Shown: piece by piece, positions 39,387-49,756 of the stretch
How positions within the stretch are numbered: position 1 is the first letter of the stretch
How the letters are laid out: every line of letters begins with the position of its first letter
Assembly (NCBI GenBank): GCA_021800855.1
Contig: JAJYYP010000001.1
Location: 20,335-84,334 of the forward strand
Direction of reading: 5' to 3'
DNA: 64,000 bases
Source of the DNA: an archaeon
Lineage (GTDB): Archaea; Thermoproteota; Nitrososphaeria; Nitrososphaerales; Gagatemarchaeaceae
Notes under the pieces: generated by a model
The model's input: only the letters and a program-made list of their open reading frames with translations
Database searches by the model: none
Told to the model about the DNA's origin: nothing
Position numbers and translations under genes: made by a program

Positions 39387-40013
39387 TCAGGCAGCCCCCT
39401 CAATAGAAACGACTTGAACCACGTTCCGCCCGCCACCCGCATCGTGCCTTCGTTGAGGAAATCGCCCGGCGCCGGGGGCCCTAGCCTTTTGCGACAGGAG
39501 CTGGGAATCCACCCATCCAATCTGAGTCTCCATGAAAAGCCTGAGCTCCTTTAGGTAGGCTTCCCTTTCAGGGAGAGGGAGCTCAGACAGCTTTTCTCTC
39601 AGCTGCTGGGCGCCTTCCCTGTACCTGTTGAGGACAAGCGGGACGAACACCGGGGGAGGGAGTATGTCGGAGAAGAGCTGCGCGATCACCTTCTCCTTCC
39701 TCCCGAGGCCTGCTAACCTCTCTCGCATCTCTCTGAGCGCTTTGTGGCCATCGGCCGTCATGATGTACTCCTTCCCCCCGGCGGTGCCCCCTCGCGCTAC
39801 TCTCACGTAGCCGTCCGAGACGAGTCCCTTGAGCGTCGGATACATCGTCCCAGGCCCGGGCCGCCAGGCGCCTTCGGTCCTCTCATCTATCTTCTGGATT
39901 ATCGAATAGCCAGTCTCAGGCCCGCGCGAGAGAAGCGTCATGGTGTAGAGCCTCAGGAAGCCTCTGGGGACCGCCTGGGGGTTGAGCCAGCGCTTCGCGT
40001 GGTGCCGAGTCAA
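39387..40013 (-). CDS. PadR-family transcriptional regulator
   Basis: Winged-helix region [39 protein letters not shown] start. Confidence 0.8.
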   Translation of the reverse strand: MTRHHAKRWLNPQAVPRGFLRLYTMTLLSRGPETGYSIIQKIDERTEGAWRPGPGTMYPTLKGLVSDGYVRVARGGTAGGKEYIMTADGHKALREMRERLAGLGRKEKVIAQLFSDILPPPVFVPLVLNRYREGAQQLREKLSELPLPEREAYLKELRLFMETQIGWVDSQLLSQKARAPGAGRFPQRRHDAGGGRNVVQVVSIEGAA

Positions 40014-40040
40014 GATAATTTGTAAGCCGCTGAAGGTGAG

Positions 40041-40083
40041 ATATAAAAATAGTATTCGATATCGTATCAGATAATCTTTAAAT
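40041..40083. promoter_or_regulatory. divergent AT-rich promoter region (padR-MFS leftward, ABC operon rightward)
   Basis: ATATAAAAATA (40041-40051) lies about 28-38 nt from the padR start. TTTAAAT (40077-40083) lies 34 nt from the ABC TTG start. The 8-bp palindrome CGATATCG (40057-40064) sits between them. Confidence 0.4.
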
Positions 40084-40116
40084 CAAGACCTCCGAGCGGG
40101 CACCCAGCTTTCGCAA

Positions 40117-41049
<933 letters not shown>

Positions 41050-41052
41050 GAC

Positions 41053-41904
41053 ATGTCTGGCGAAGGCTCGAAGGCGGCCGTGGGCTCCATAGCGCACGTA
41101 GGGATCGCCGCCAAGTACAATTTCCTGAACTACTTCAGGGCGCGCCGGTTCTACGTCATGCTCACCATCATACTGATCATAGCTGGCCTCCTCACCGCTC
41201 TTGTAGGTTACTACAGGCCTCCAGGTTTCGTCGACGGGGGAGCCCTTGGCTTCTACGGCGCGGGGTGGGGGAGCTTCGCCAGCATCGTGGTCGTCCTGTC
41301 CGCCGCATTCTTCGGGGGGGATGCCATTTCAGGCGAATTCCAGAACAGGACAGGATACTTCCTGGTGCCGAACCCGATTCGGAGGTCGGCCATCTACGTC
41401 GGAAAGTGGCTCGCCGCTTTGGCAGCGTCGACAATCATCCTCGGAATATTCGCCCTGGCCATGCTCGCAAACGGGCTCTTCTACTTCCCCGGGAGCATCC
41501 CGTGGGAGTTCGCGGAGTCCTTCGCCTTCGCCTGGCTGTACCTGGTAGCCGCGATGTCGCTGGCGTTTGCCTTCAGCTCCCTCTTCAAGAACAGCTCTAT
41601 CTCCGTCCTGATGAGCGTCATACTACTGTTGTTCGTCTTCAGCGTCATCGACACAGTATCGTCACTGGTCGCCGGGGTCGAGCCCTGGTTCTCTCTCACC
41701 TACGGCGCCGGGATAGTGTCGAACATACTCAGCGTCCCCTACCCTGCAGCCAAGACAGTCACACCGCTCGGCCCGGGGGGGAGGTTCACGGTGGTTTCTT
41801 ACAACGCCACGGTCCCCGAAGGGCTCCTCATCCTGTCCGTCTACATCGTCGTCATGGCAGTCTTGGGCCTGGTCCTATTCGAGCGGAAAGAGTTCACGTC
41901 CTAG
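41053..41904 (+). CDS. ABC-2 type permease
   Basis: 283 aa with about 6 TM segments, starting 4 nt after the ATPase gene. Confidence 0.7.
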   Translation: MSGEGSKAAVGSIAHVGIAAKYNFLNYFRARRFYVMLTIILIIAGLLTALVGYYRPPGFVDGGALGFYGAGWGSFASIVVVLSAAFFGGDAISGEFQNRTGYFLVPNPIRRSAIYVGKWLAALAASTIILGIFALAMLANGLFYFPGSIPWEFAESFAFAWLYLVAAMSLAFAFSSLFKNSSISVLMSVILLLFVFSVIDTVSSLVAGVEPWFSLTYGAGIVSNILSVPYPAAKTVTPLGPGGRFTVVSYNATVPEGLLILSVYIVVMAVLGLVLFERKEFTS

Positions 41905-42845
41905 CCGCTGGTCAGCAGAAAGTCGTGGACCCTACCCGGCTGGAGGTTTACCAGCGCGCCGCGTAGGATGCCGTCGGCATACTCACTCCCCGGGTTGAGG
42001 CACAAGGTCCGCCCTATCCTCACGAAACCCTTCGACTCGTGGATGTGCCCGTGCAGCCCGAGGAGTGGTGAGTGCGCCTCGATGGCGCCCCGCACGGCCG
42101 AGCTCCCGGCATGGATGTACTTCACCCCGAGCCCTTCCCTCACGTAGGTGAAGTCGTGGCTGACTGCTGGAGCCCTGTCCAGCTCCGTGTTCACGGGGGG
42201 GACGTGCAGGTTGTAGATGGCGTCTTCAGGCCTGTTGACCTGGGCAACGAGGCGCTCTATCATCTCCCTGAGCCTCTCCTCGCTCACCTCCCTGGGACTC
42301 TTCCATGGTGTGGGGTTGGCCGTCCCCAGGGTTATCATCTCGAACCCGCCGTCGATTTCTACAACCTTCTCTTCGGGGTTGATGAATGGCCCGGCGTCCA
42401 CCAAGTCCGAGTCTATCTCTAGCTTGTCGTCGTTCCCAGGCGAGACGTAGCATTTTGTCTCCGTCCCCCTGAGCCTCACCTGTACAAGGTCCACCCAAGA
42501 TCTGAGGACTTCCGCCATCGCGCCGTTGAAGACCGCCTCCTCCCTTGACTTGTCTGCCTGAATCTCCGCGAGCCCAGCCTTGGTCGTCACGAAAGAGTAC
42601 TGGCCGGCGTCCTGGAGCCTCTTCCTTGTCTCAGCGACCTTTTCCCTCCCGAAGACTGCACGCTCGCCGAACACCTGTGCCTCGTACTTCCCGTCCTCCC
42701 GCTCGATTATGGGGATGAGGACCTTGCCGGTGATGTCCCCCCCGAGTATGAGACAGCTTGCCTTGTAGACCTTGGCTGCGTTGAGGAACTTCCTGAAGCA
42801 CATGTCGGAGCCATGGACGTCGGTCGTGAAGAAGATGCGTGTCAA
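41901..42845 (-). CDS. metallophosphoesterase (calcineurin-like)
   Basis: Motifs TDVHGS, GGDITGK, PGNDD and GHIHES. Confidence 0.8.
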   Translation of the reverse strand: MTRIFFTTDVHGSDMCFRKFLNAAKVYKASCLILGGDITGKVLIPIIEREDGKYEAQVFGERAVFGREKVAETRKRLQDAGQYSFVTTKAGLAEIQADKSREEAVFNGAMAEVLRSWVDLVQVRLRGTETKCYVSPGNDDKLEIDSDLVDAGPFINPEEKVVEIDGGFEMITLGTANPTPWKSPREVSEERLREMIERLVAQVNRPEDAIYNLHVPPVNTELDRAPAVSHDFTYVREGLGVKYIHAGSSAVRGAIEAHSPLLGLHGHIHESKGFVRIGRTLCLNPGSEYADGILRGALVNLQPGRVHDFLLTSG

Positions 42846-42971
42846 GGGTGTCTGGTGCGGCGAATTCGTGACTGTATTTAACGAGGATTAACAGTGACCT
42901 GCTAATCATCTTCGGATTGGTTTCAGGCTGCGCCGAAGAGAAGTTCACGGCAATCTTTGGCGGCGCCAGAA

Positions 42972-43418
42972 TCACGAGGCGGCTTCTACTGCCTTGGTGA
43001 TCCCCTCAAAGATCTCGGCGACCTTTTTGGCCGCAAACCCCTTCAGCAGCGACGAACCCAGGCCCGCCATAACCCCGGTTATCTCGGCGTCAGCGGACCA
43101 GTGCATCGAAGTGGGGGCATCCCCGGATAGCTCGAAGAGGCTCGTGACCTTCATGGAGCTCCCGCTCCCCGTCCCCTCGGCGACCAGGGTCGCCTTTGAG
43201 GTCGGCGCCGTCCTGGCGATGGTCATCTTCACCTTCATGGCGCTCGACACCACAGCCACCCTCAGCTTGATCGTGGCCTCCAAGCTCTGGGCGTCGAAGA
43301 CGTGGACATCGCTCGCGTCTGGGAGAGCCTTGGCGATGAAGTGAGCATCAGTAAGTAGGGCATAGACCTTGTTCTGCGGAGATTTCATGATGTTCGACCC
43401 GTCGAGATGTAGTTGCAT
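42972..43418 (-). CDS. SRPBCC/CoxG-like protein
   Basis: 148 aa, pattern typical of CoxG family (..LPDASDV.., ..GSGSSMKVTSLFEL.., ..ITGVMAGLGSSLL..). Confidence 0.65.
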   Translation of the reverse strand: MQLHLDGSNIMKSPQNKVYALLTDAHFIAKALPDASDVHVFDAQSLEATIKLRVAVVSSAMKVKMTIARTAPTSKATLVAEGTGSGSSMKVTSLFELSGDAPTSMHWSADAEITGVMAGLGSSLLKGFAAKKVAEIFEGITKAVEAAS

Positions 43419-43719
43419 GCAATTCTCATATCTTAGAGTGATTTAACCCCTACCAGAGACCAGGCCGGACGCTCACCGAGCGCCCTCGGGCCTAGACGGC
43501 GCTCTGTGCAGAGCAAGAGCCCTTCCTGCCACACAGTACCTTTGAGCCAAGCCGCTGAACCGACCAAACCAGTGGGGGTGACACCTGAGTCCTGGTCCAC
43601 GGCGTGGTCAGGGACAAGAGCAAGGACGTACACTGTCGAAGGAGGGGAGGTGGCGGCGACGCCTGCCATGAATGGTGACCTGAGGCCGGCAGCAGGGGTG
43701 CGGTTCTGTCCAACCGATC

Positions 43720-44943
43720 TTATCTGTAGGCCTCGAACTCCCTTCCTAGGATAGACGAGGCAATCTTGAGCTCCATTATCTCGTCGGTCCCTTCGTAAAT
43801 CCTGGCGACACGGGAGTCCAGGAAGTGCCTGGCCACCGGGGACATTATGGAGTAGCCGAACCCGCCAAAGCACTGGACCGCCCTGTCCGCTGACTCGAAG
43901 GCGCACCTTGACGAGGCGTACTTCGCCACCGCCGAGAGCCTGTCCGCGTCCCTACGGATGGATAGGTCTCCGGGGGACCTTCCGTAATCGTCCTTCTTCA
44001 TCGCAGCCCTGTACACCAGCCACCTGCACGACTCGAGGCTGGACTCGATGCAAGCGACGTGCTTCTGGATCAGCTGGTGCCTCCCGATCTCCTTGCCGTG
44101 CTGCACCCTAGAGGAGACCCTCTCCCTTACCTGATTGAGGCAGTCTTCCATCACGCCGAGGCATCCAGAGGCGATGCCTATCCGGCCGTTCAGGAGGGCC
44201 GAGTAGGCGACCGAGAGCCCCTTCCCCTCCTCCCCAAGGAGGTCTTCCCTGGGGACGAAGACCCCGTCTAGGCTGACCAGCGACGTGTCTGAGGTGAACA
44301 GTCCGATCTTTTCTTCGAGGCGCATGTCGACCCTGAAGCCCTCCTGTTTGGTGTCGACGAGGAAGGCGGTGACGCCGCCTGCACTCCCCTCGGCGCGGGC
44401 GAAGACGATCATGTCGGTGGCTATGGAGCCGTTGGAGATGAGGTACTTCGACCCGGACAGCCTGAACCCGCCCCGCTCTTTGGCATAGCTTGTCTTTAGG
44501 GAGGCTGGGTCTGAGCCGGCCTCAGGCTCGGTCAGCGCGTAAGCGAACAGGGCGTCCCCCTTGGCTGCCGCGGGGAGATATCTCCCTTTCTGCTCCTCGT
44601 TCCCCCAGTCCTGAATCGCGAGACTCCCGAGGCACATATGGACGTCGGCCAGCGTAATGACGCCCATCCCGGTCTGACCCATCCTCTCGAGGAAGAGGGC
44701 CTCGACCAACTGCCGAGCCCCCCGGCCCCCGTACTTCGTGTCTATGGGGACCCCCAGCAGGTCGTGGCGCCTGAGCACCCCTGCTATCTCGGGGTTGTAT
44801 TTCCTCTCCACATAGCTCTCGAACTCGGAGACAATCAGCTCAGACGCGGCCGCGTCTGCGTCCTGGAGCAGCCGCTTCTCCTCTGCCTCCAGCCCGACCA
44901 GACGATCAACCTCATCTACGGACGATTGGAACAGGTTCTCCAT
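43720..44943 (-). CDS. acyl-CoA dehydrogenase
   Basis: ACAD-like sequence along its whole length (ALTEPEAGSD, YEGT). Start set at ATG 44941-44943 (MENLFQ..) because the longer ORF-track N-terminus is Arg-rich and not protein-like. Confidence 0.9.
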   Translation of the reverse strand: MENLFQSSVDEVDRLVGLEAEEKRLLQDADAAASELIVSEFESYVERKYNPEIAGVLRRHDLLGVPIDTKYGGRGARQLVEALFLERMGQTGMGVITLADVHMCLGSLAIQDWGNEEQKGRYLPAAAKGDALFAYALTEPEAGSDPASLKTSYAKERGGFRLSGSKYLISNGSIATDMIVFARAEGSAGGVTAFLVDTKQEGFRVDMRLEEKIGLFTSDTSLVSLDGVFVPREDLLGEEGKGLSVAYSALLNGRIGIASGCLGVMEDCLNQVRERVSSRVQHGKEIGRHQLIQKHVACIESSLESCRWLVYRAAMKKDDYGRSPGDLSIRRDADRLSAVAKYASSRCAFESADRAVQCFGGFGYSIMSPVARHFLDSRVARIYEGTDEIMELKIASSILGREFEAYR

Positions 44944-45026
44944 GGCTGGCCCGGGGCGAGCGTGCCCGGATTTAATCCTCACCTGCCTGACACGCTTTTG
45001 AACTGGTCCGCCGCAGACGGGTCGGT

Positions 45027-45230
45027 TTGAAGACAGACGTCTCCCCAATGTGGCTGACTTACTACATGGTCGACTGGCGGTCCATCAAGCAGGAGCCGAC
45101 CGAACAGAAGTGCACCCTCTGCGGTCGCACCATGTCGAAGACCGAAGCAGTGATCGACGACAGAGGCGCTGGATTCGTGGGCTATGTCTGCCACGCGGAC
45201 AGGCAAGTCACCTGGGTGAAGGGAGACTAA
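45027..45230 (+). CDS. possible small Cys/His protein (67 aa)
   Basis: CTLCG...YVCH could bind zinc. Its stop overlaps the convergent MazG-like stop (CTAA). Confidence 0.35.
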   Translation: MKTDVSPMWLTYYMVDWRSIKQEPTEQKCTLCGRTMSKTEAVIDDRGAGFVGYVCHADRQVTWVKGD

Positions 45231-45547
45231 CCCTCCTGTCTGTCTCTGAACCCCTCTCCATATCGGTGTGGCCGCCCCATGTTCTTCGACCATTTGGCTT
45301 CGAACACGGCGTCGAGGTCTGCCTCGGGGGAGATCAGCCTGGACGCATCGAGGACGTAGAATATCACGTCAATCAGCTCCTCGATGGTCTCGGCCGCCGG
45401 CTTTCCCTTCTTCCAGGAGTCCCCGGCTTCCCCCAGCTCGATGAACGCGAAGAGCAGCTTGTTGGCTATCTCGTCAGGGGAGTTGCCGAAACCCTTCGCC
45501 ACGACGAGCTCCTCGACCTTCTTCTTAGCAGCCTCCAGCGTCGGCAC
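45227..45547 (-). CDS. MazG-like all-alpha nucleotide pyrophosphohydrolase
   Basis: Acidic motifs FIELGEAGDSWKK and EELIDVIFYVLD. Confidence 0.7.
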   Translation of the reverse strand: MPTLEAAKKKVEELVVAKGFGNSPDEIANKLLFAFIELGEAGDSWKKGKPAAETIEELIDVIFYVLDASRLISPEADLDAVFEAKWSKNMGRPHRYGEGFRDRQEG

Positions 45548-45571
45548 GGCGCGGACGGCAATGTAGTGTGG

Positions 45572-46264
45572 CTATGAAGTTTTGGCCCTGGGAGCCACGA
45601 CAGTCCGATAGTAGTCGCACGAGCTGGATAGCGTGCACGAACCGCACTTCGGTCCGATTGGCTTGCAGGTTGTCTGCCCGAACCTCACGAAGAGCTCGTT
45701 GAGCTCCAGCCAGTAGCGGCGAGGGACCTTCCTTGCAAGTTCAGCTTCCGTCTCTTCGGGCTTTCTCGTCCTCACCAGTCCAAGCCTGTTAGAGATGCGG
45801 TGGACGTGCGTGTCCACAGGTATCGCCGGCTTGTTGAAGGCGTACACCAGGACGCAGTTCGCCGTCTTCCTTCCCACCGAATGCAGTTTCAGCAGGTCGT
45901 CCTCGTTGTCCGGGACCGTCCCCCCGAACTCGGCGACCAGCTGCTTTGACACCCGGATGATGTTCTTGGTCTTCATTCTGTAGAACCCCGAGGGCCTGAT
46001 TAGCCTGCTGACCACCCTGGGGTCTGCCCCTGCGAGCTCGCGGGGGGTCTTGTACTTTGAAAACAGGCTTTCAGTCGCGCGGGTAGTGTTTTCGTCCCTG
46101 GTCCGGTGCGAGAGGATGGTCCCGATCAGAATCCTGAACGGCTCCCCCCCCTCCGTCTCCTGCAGCGTCGCAAGGGCAGTGGCCCTCTTGTCCACGGAAT
46201 CGTGTATCATCCCCCTCATCTCGCGGAGGATGTCTGGGATGGCTATGCGCTTTCGATGACCCAT
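45572..46264 (-). CDS. nth: endonuclease III (HhH-GPD glycosylase, 4Fe-4S)
   Basis: Motifs [11 protein letters not shown], Hh[13 protein letters not shown], and a C-x6-C-x2-C-x5-C cluster ([17 protein letters not shown]). Confidence 0.9.
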   Translation of the reverse strand: MGHRKRIAIPDILREMRGMIHDSVDKRATALATLQETEGGEPFRILIGTILSHRTRDENTTRATESLFSKYKTPRELAGADPRVVSRLIRPSGFYRMKTKNIIRVSKQLVAEFGGTVPDNEDDLLKLHSVGRKTANCVLVYAFNKPAIPVDTHVHRISNRLGLVRTRKPEETEAELARKVPRRYWLELNELFVRFGQTTCKPIGPKCGSCTLSSSCDYYRTVVAPRAKTS

Positions 46265-47166
46265 GGTTCCTTCCTGTACCAGGCGGCGACCTCAGCACAT
46301 GCCTCTTTCAGGCCGAACCGTGGAGCGTAGCCAAGCTCCGACCAGTCCGGCTGGTCGTCGATGGCCAAGGAAGCGCCCAACTGGTCTGAGGCGTACTTCG
46401 AGATGGCAGGTGCTGAGAAGAGCCCCTGCTTCTTGAACTCAGGCGCTTTGCCTATGGCAGACGACACCCCTCGTGCGAGTGACTCCGGGGTGGCGTCGAA
46501 CGACTTCACGAGGTAGGACGACCCGGTGGCCAGGTTCCTCGTGGCAGCCCTGTACATCGCCTGGGCGATGTCACGAGGGTGCGAGTAGGACATGCGCCCG
46601 CCCCGGGGCACGACGACTTTGCCCTGCTCAATCATCCTCAGCAGGGGCACGGCGATGGATTGGTCCTTCGCCCCGAAGGCCTTCGCCGCCCTGATTATAG
46701 TGATTCTGGGTGAAGCAGCGCGCTTGGTGAACTCGAGCAGGAGCCTCTCGGCCTCGGCCTTGGCCTTCTGGTACTCACCTGCAGGGCTGATCTGCTTAGA
46801 CCTGTCGACTTTCCCCGCACCGAAGCCGTAGACGTCGAGGGTGCTCAGGTGCACGAAGCACTTGGCCTTCGCCTCTGAGGCAGCTTCCAACAGGTTGATG
46901 ATCCCCTCGGTGTTGGCCTGCATGAAGCCGTCTTCCGAGTATGGCATTGGGGACGCAAGATTGTAGACTGCGTCTACACCCTCCATGGCCTCGTGGAGCG
47001 AATGGTGGTCAGAAAGGTCGACCTCGACCCCCTGGACCCCGTTGGTGTCCATGGTCTTCAGATGCGCCCCCCTCCTGAACGCGCCCTTGGAGATCTCCCC
47101 CTCCTGGAACAGATACTCCACGAGATGCCCCCCTACGAAACCAGTCCCTCCCACGATGAGGTTCAC
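46243..47166 (-). CDS. NAD-dependent epimerase/dehydratase (SDR) family protein
   Basis: Rossmann motif [10 protein letters not shown] and a YxxxK region. Confidence 0.85.
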   Translation of the reverse strand: MNLIVGGTGFVGGHLVEYLFQEGEISKGAFRRGAHLKTMDTNGVQGVEVDLSDHHSLHEAMEGVDAVYNLASPMPYSEDGFMQANTEGIINLLEAASEAKAKCFVHLSTLDVYGFGAGKVDRSKQISPAGEYQKAKAEAERLLLEFTKRAASPRITIIRAAKAFGAKDQSIAVPLLRMIEQGKVVVPRGGRMSYSHPRDIAQAMYRAATRNLATGSSYLVKSFDATPESLARGVSSAIGKAPEFKKQGLFSAPAISKYASDQLGASLAIDDQPDWSELGYAPRFGLKEACAEVAAWYRKEPWVIESA

Positions 47167-47501
47167 TGGTGTCCCCCCTTCGGCTCGCCGAGATGGTGGT
47201 GATGATGATGCTCGTCCTTACCCGGCTTGGTCTCGAACTCGCCTCTCACGAGGCGGAGCTGGAGATCCTCCTCGAACTTCGGGAAGTCGCCAGTGAGCGC
47301 AGCCAGTTTTGACTTCGCCCCCTCCGTGAACTGAGGCGAGAAGTTCTGCCCGCCGAAACGCCCGTAGGCTACGCCGGAGAATCTGACCTTCTTCCCCTTG
47401 ACCCCGATGTATCCTCTGATGAGGTTGGCCACCTCCCCTTCGCTGACGTAGTCTACCACCACCGTGTAGTCTGGCAAGCTCAATCTGGTGATGCCCCTCA
47501 C
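47163..47501 (-). CDS. hypothetical protein with C-terminal His6 tract
   Basis: 112-aa ORF, GTG start, 4-nt overlap with the downstream SDR gene. HHHHHH is encoded at 47193-47210 by mixed CAT/CAC codons. Confidence 0.5.
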   Translation of the reverse strand: MRGITRLSLPDYTVVVDYVSEGEVANLIRGYIGVKGKKVRFSGVAYGRFGGQNFSPQFTEGAKSKLAALTGDFPKFEEDLQLRLVRGEFETKPGKDEHHHHHHLGEPKGGHQ

Positions 47502-47548
47502 GGCAGGTGCTTATAGTCAGTTCTGAAGGCGGCGCCTGACTTCCGCGG

Positions 47549-47980
47549 TCACAGCTCGAAGTCCGGAGGCCTGTACCTCGCCAGGACCATCTCCTTGAGG
47601 GAAGTCACCAGGGAGAAGCTGGAGCCGACTATGTCGGTCTGAGTCACGATGCCCACGAGCCTGTGGTTCTCCATGACCGGGAGCTTCTTGATGCCGGCCT
47701 CAGACATAATCTTCGCCGCCACCTCCACCTTCTCTGCCGGGGAGACTGTGACGAGGCTCTTCCTCTTCAGCGATGCGATGGAGGAGTCAGGGTCGACACC
47801 CCTCGCCACGCTCTTGGAGATGTCCCCCTCCGTGACTATCCCCACAGGCTTGGACCTAGCTTGGACGATAACCAGGGCGCCTATCTTCCATCTCGACATC
47901 GCCTTCGCAGCGTCCCTGATGGAGGCGTCGGAACCTATGGTCCTGACCCTCTTGGTCATTATGTCCTTGACGTAGATCAT
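47549..47980 (-). CDS. CBS-domain pair protein
   Basis: Two CBS repeats (VKDIMTKRV..., GIVTEGDI / GIVTQTDI). Confidence 0.85.
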   Translation of the reverse strand: MIYVKDIMTKRVRTIGSDASIRDAAKAMSRWKIGALVIVQARSKPVGIVTEGDISKSVARGVDPDSSIASLKRKSLVTVSPAEKVEVAAKIMSEAGIKKLPVMENHRLVGIVTQTDIVGSSFSLVTSLKEMVLARYRPPDFEL

Positions 47981-47984
47981 ACCC

Positions 47985-48449
47985 TCATCTCACCACCATG
48001 ACCGGGCAACGGGCGTGGCTGACAAGCCCGGAGGCGACACTCCCCATGATCAGTTTCTTGAAGCCCGTCATCCCCCTGGTTCCGACCACTATGAGGTCAA
48101 TCTTCTGGTCTGTCGCGAAGCCCACCAGGGCTTCCACCACCGATGGAGCCTCAATCAATTCCCCTCTTGCTTTCACACCGTAGTGGGCAGCGGTCTGGAC
48201 CCCCTTGGAGAGTGTTGCTGTGGCCGCGGCCTTCGCCGCGTCCTCCAGCTCACCGTAGTTGAGGACCGGCACGCCTGCCCCTCCAGCAAAGACCGTCGTG
48301 AGCGAGCTGTAGACGTGGACTACAATGAGCTTTGAACCGAACTCCGACGCTATTGAGCACGCCAGCCGTATGGCTTTCACCGAGTCGTCCGACCCATCGA
48401 AAGCGACCGCCACGTTCTGGAACGCCTTGCCTGTACTAGCCATAGGCAA
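47985..48449 (-). CDS. universal stress protein (UspA family)
   Basis: Motifs VAFDGSDDS and DLIVVGTRGMTGFKKLIMGSVA. TTG at 48449 or ATG at 48443. Confidence 0.85.
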   Translation of the reverse strand: MPMASTGKAFQNVAVAFDGSDDSVKAIRLACSIASEFGSKLIVVHVYSSLTTVFAGGAGVPVLNYGELEDAAKAAATATLSKGVQTAAHYGVKARGELIEAPSVVEALVGFATDQKIDLIVVGTRGMTGFKKLIMGSVASGLVSHARCPVMVVR

Positions 48450-48468
48450 CTTGAATTCGCCCCTTCAC

Positions 48469-48475
48469 TATTTAA
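48469..48475 (-). promoter_or_regulatory. TATA-like box (TTAAATA on minus strand) for the USP gene
   Basis: About 26 nt upstream of ATG 48443, which would give a leaderless or near-leaderless mRNA. Confidence 0.35.
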
Positions 48476-48610
48476 CTCGTCATTACAATTCCCATAACTG
48501 AGAAACCGCATCTAATCCAGACGTGGGGGGCGTCCACTGGCGCGCCGGAAAGCCGCAGCCAAAGCTGCTGTGGAGGCGTGGACGCGCTGGTGCCTGAGTG
48601 CAACCTTGGG

Positions 48611-48624
48611 GGGAAAGCTTTCCC
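48611..48624. promoter_or_regulatory. perfect 14-bp palindrome GGGAAAGCTTTCCC
   Basis: Read directly. Lies in the divergent USP / membrane-protein intergenic region. Confidence 0.4.
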
Positions 48625-48676
48625 AAAACTGATTTTCATGGGCGAAAAACGTCTGGGCCTGTTATAAGCCCCCGAC

Positions 48677-49255
48677 ATGGACCGAGATGGCATGGAAAAC
48701 ACAACGCAGCAAATCACCTTCAAGAGCAAGTGGGCAGGCAGGTTCATCTGGGCGGCTGTGATCGAAGGGTTCTTCGCAGTGGTCGCCACCGTGCTGACCC
48801 TCGACCCGCTCCAGTATCTCACAGGAAAGCCAGACTACTTCTCCCCGGCCAAGGTCATAGCCGCGAACGGGGCGGGGACCTGGTTCTTCACAGGCTACAT
48901 CTCCTTCCTGGTGGTGGGCGTCGTCGCAATGGCGGTCACCGCCATATTCTACCTCTACATCGAGGGGATTCAGGGCAAGCCATACAAGGGCTTCACAAAC
49001 TTCCTCGCCTGGGGCCACCTCATCTTCATGAACGTAGGAGTGGCCGGGTCCATGTTCCTGATGATGTGGGGAGGATACCTCGCAGGGTGGGCGAGCACGT
49101 CAGTCGCCGGGGGAGGAGAGGGACTCACTGCAGAGCAGATCCACGTCCAGATACTCGGACACCTGACAGACCCCATCGGGGCGCTGGTACTCCTGGCTGC
49201 CCTAGGCGCACTCCTGGGGGGCGTAGGGTACGTCATCCGAAGCAGGACAAACTGA
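48677..49255 (+). CDS. polytopic membrane protein, unknown function
   Basis: 192 aa with 4-5 hydrophobic helices. TTATAA about 15 nt upstream. Confidence 0.55.
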   Translation: MDRDGMENTTQQITFKSKWAGRFIWAAVIEGFFAVVATVLTLDPLQYLTGKPDYFSPAKVIAANGAGTWFFTGYISFLVVGVVAMAVTAIFYLYIEGIQGKPYKGFTNFLAWGHLIFMNVGVAGSMFLMMWGGYLAGWASTSVAGGGEGLTAEQIHVQILGHLTDPIGALVLLAALGALLGGVGYVIRSRTN

Positions 49256-49331
49256 GTCCTGCTTCGTCCCAGTTTTTGAAGCACGAGAGGCATGTTAAGC
49301 TCAAATACGATGAGGTAGCAATTCTAGAGGA

Positions 49332-49694
49332 TTGGAGATTTCCGAGCCGTCCCGCGTCCAGGCGCTGGTACAGGGGCTCGCCGACGAGTATTCACGGAAG
49401 ATAATCCTGGCCACAATCCCAAAGGGCAAATCCGTCGAGGACATCAGTAAAGAAAACGACATACCCCTTAGCACCTGCTACAGGAGGGTTCATGAGCTCC
49501 TCGACGCCCAGATTCTCTTGGTGGAGAGGATCGTAGTCACCCCCGAGGGGAAGAAGTATGAGCTCTTCAGGAGCGCGTACAGAGCGATGGACGTCACTTT
49601 CGACGGGGGGGTTATGAAGGTCAACGCTGTCATAAACGAAGATGTTGCAGAAAAGCTGAAGCGCCTCTGGCTGACCATGAGGGAGGAGGCCTGA
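49332..49694 (+). CDS. ArsR-like winged-helix transcriptional regulator
   Basis: ADEYSRKIILATIPKGKSVEDISKENDIPLSTCYRRVHELLDAQIL matches an HTH pattern. TTG start. Confidence 0.7.
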   Translation: MEISEPSRVQALVQGLADEYSRKIILATIPKGKSVEDISKENDIPLSTCYRRVHELLDAQILLVERIVVTPEGKKYELFRSAYRAMDVTFDGGVMKVNAVINEDVAEKLKRLWLTMREEA

Positions 49695-49756
49695 TTTCCA
49701 GCCTTGAGAATCGGCTTCAAGGCTTTAAAGGTCACAGGAGGTGGCACTGACTAGTC

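Noticed and set aside
43670-43710. GGTGACCTGAGGCCGGCAGCAGGGG, considered as SRP RNA helix 8
   Set aside because: The GGAA-type tetraloop and the AGCA/GGCA loop context are missing. The 5' and 3' ends of the spacer are similar rather than complementary, so no helix 5 can form.
45227-45230. Convergent genes whose stop codons overlap (CTAA)
   Set aside because: This is a curiosity of a compact genome and no functional implication can be argued. The plus-strand partner ORF is itself uncertain.
47193-47210. His6 tract as evidence of an engineered construct
   Set aside because: The codons are mixed CAT/CAC. There are no vector-like flanks (no protease site or linker). The gene is translationally coupled to a native downstream gene.
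48598-49404. 268-aa plus-strand ORF
   Set aside because: It is out of frame with the 48677-49255 membrane protein. It is Arg/Gly/His-rich, and the membrane-protein frame is far more plausible.
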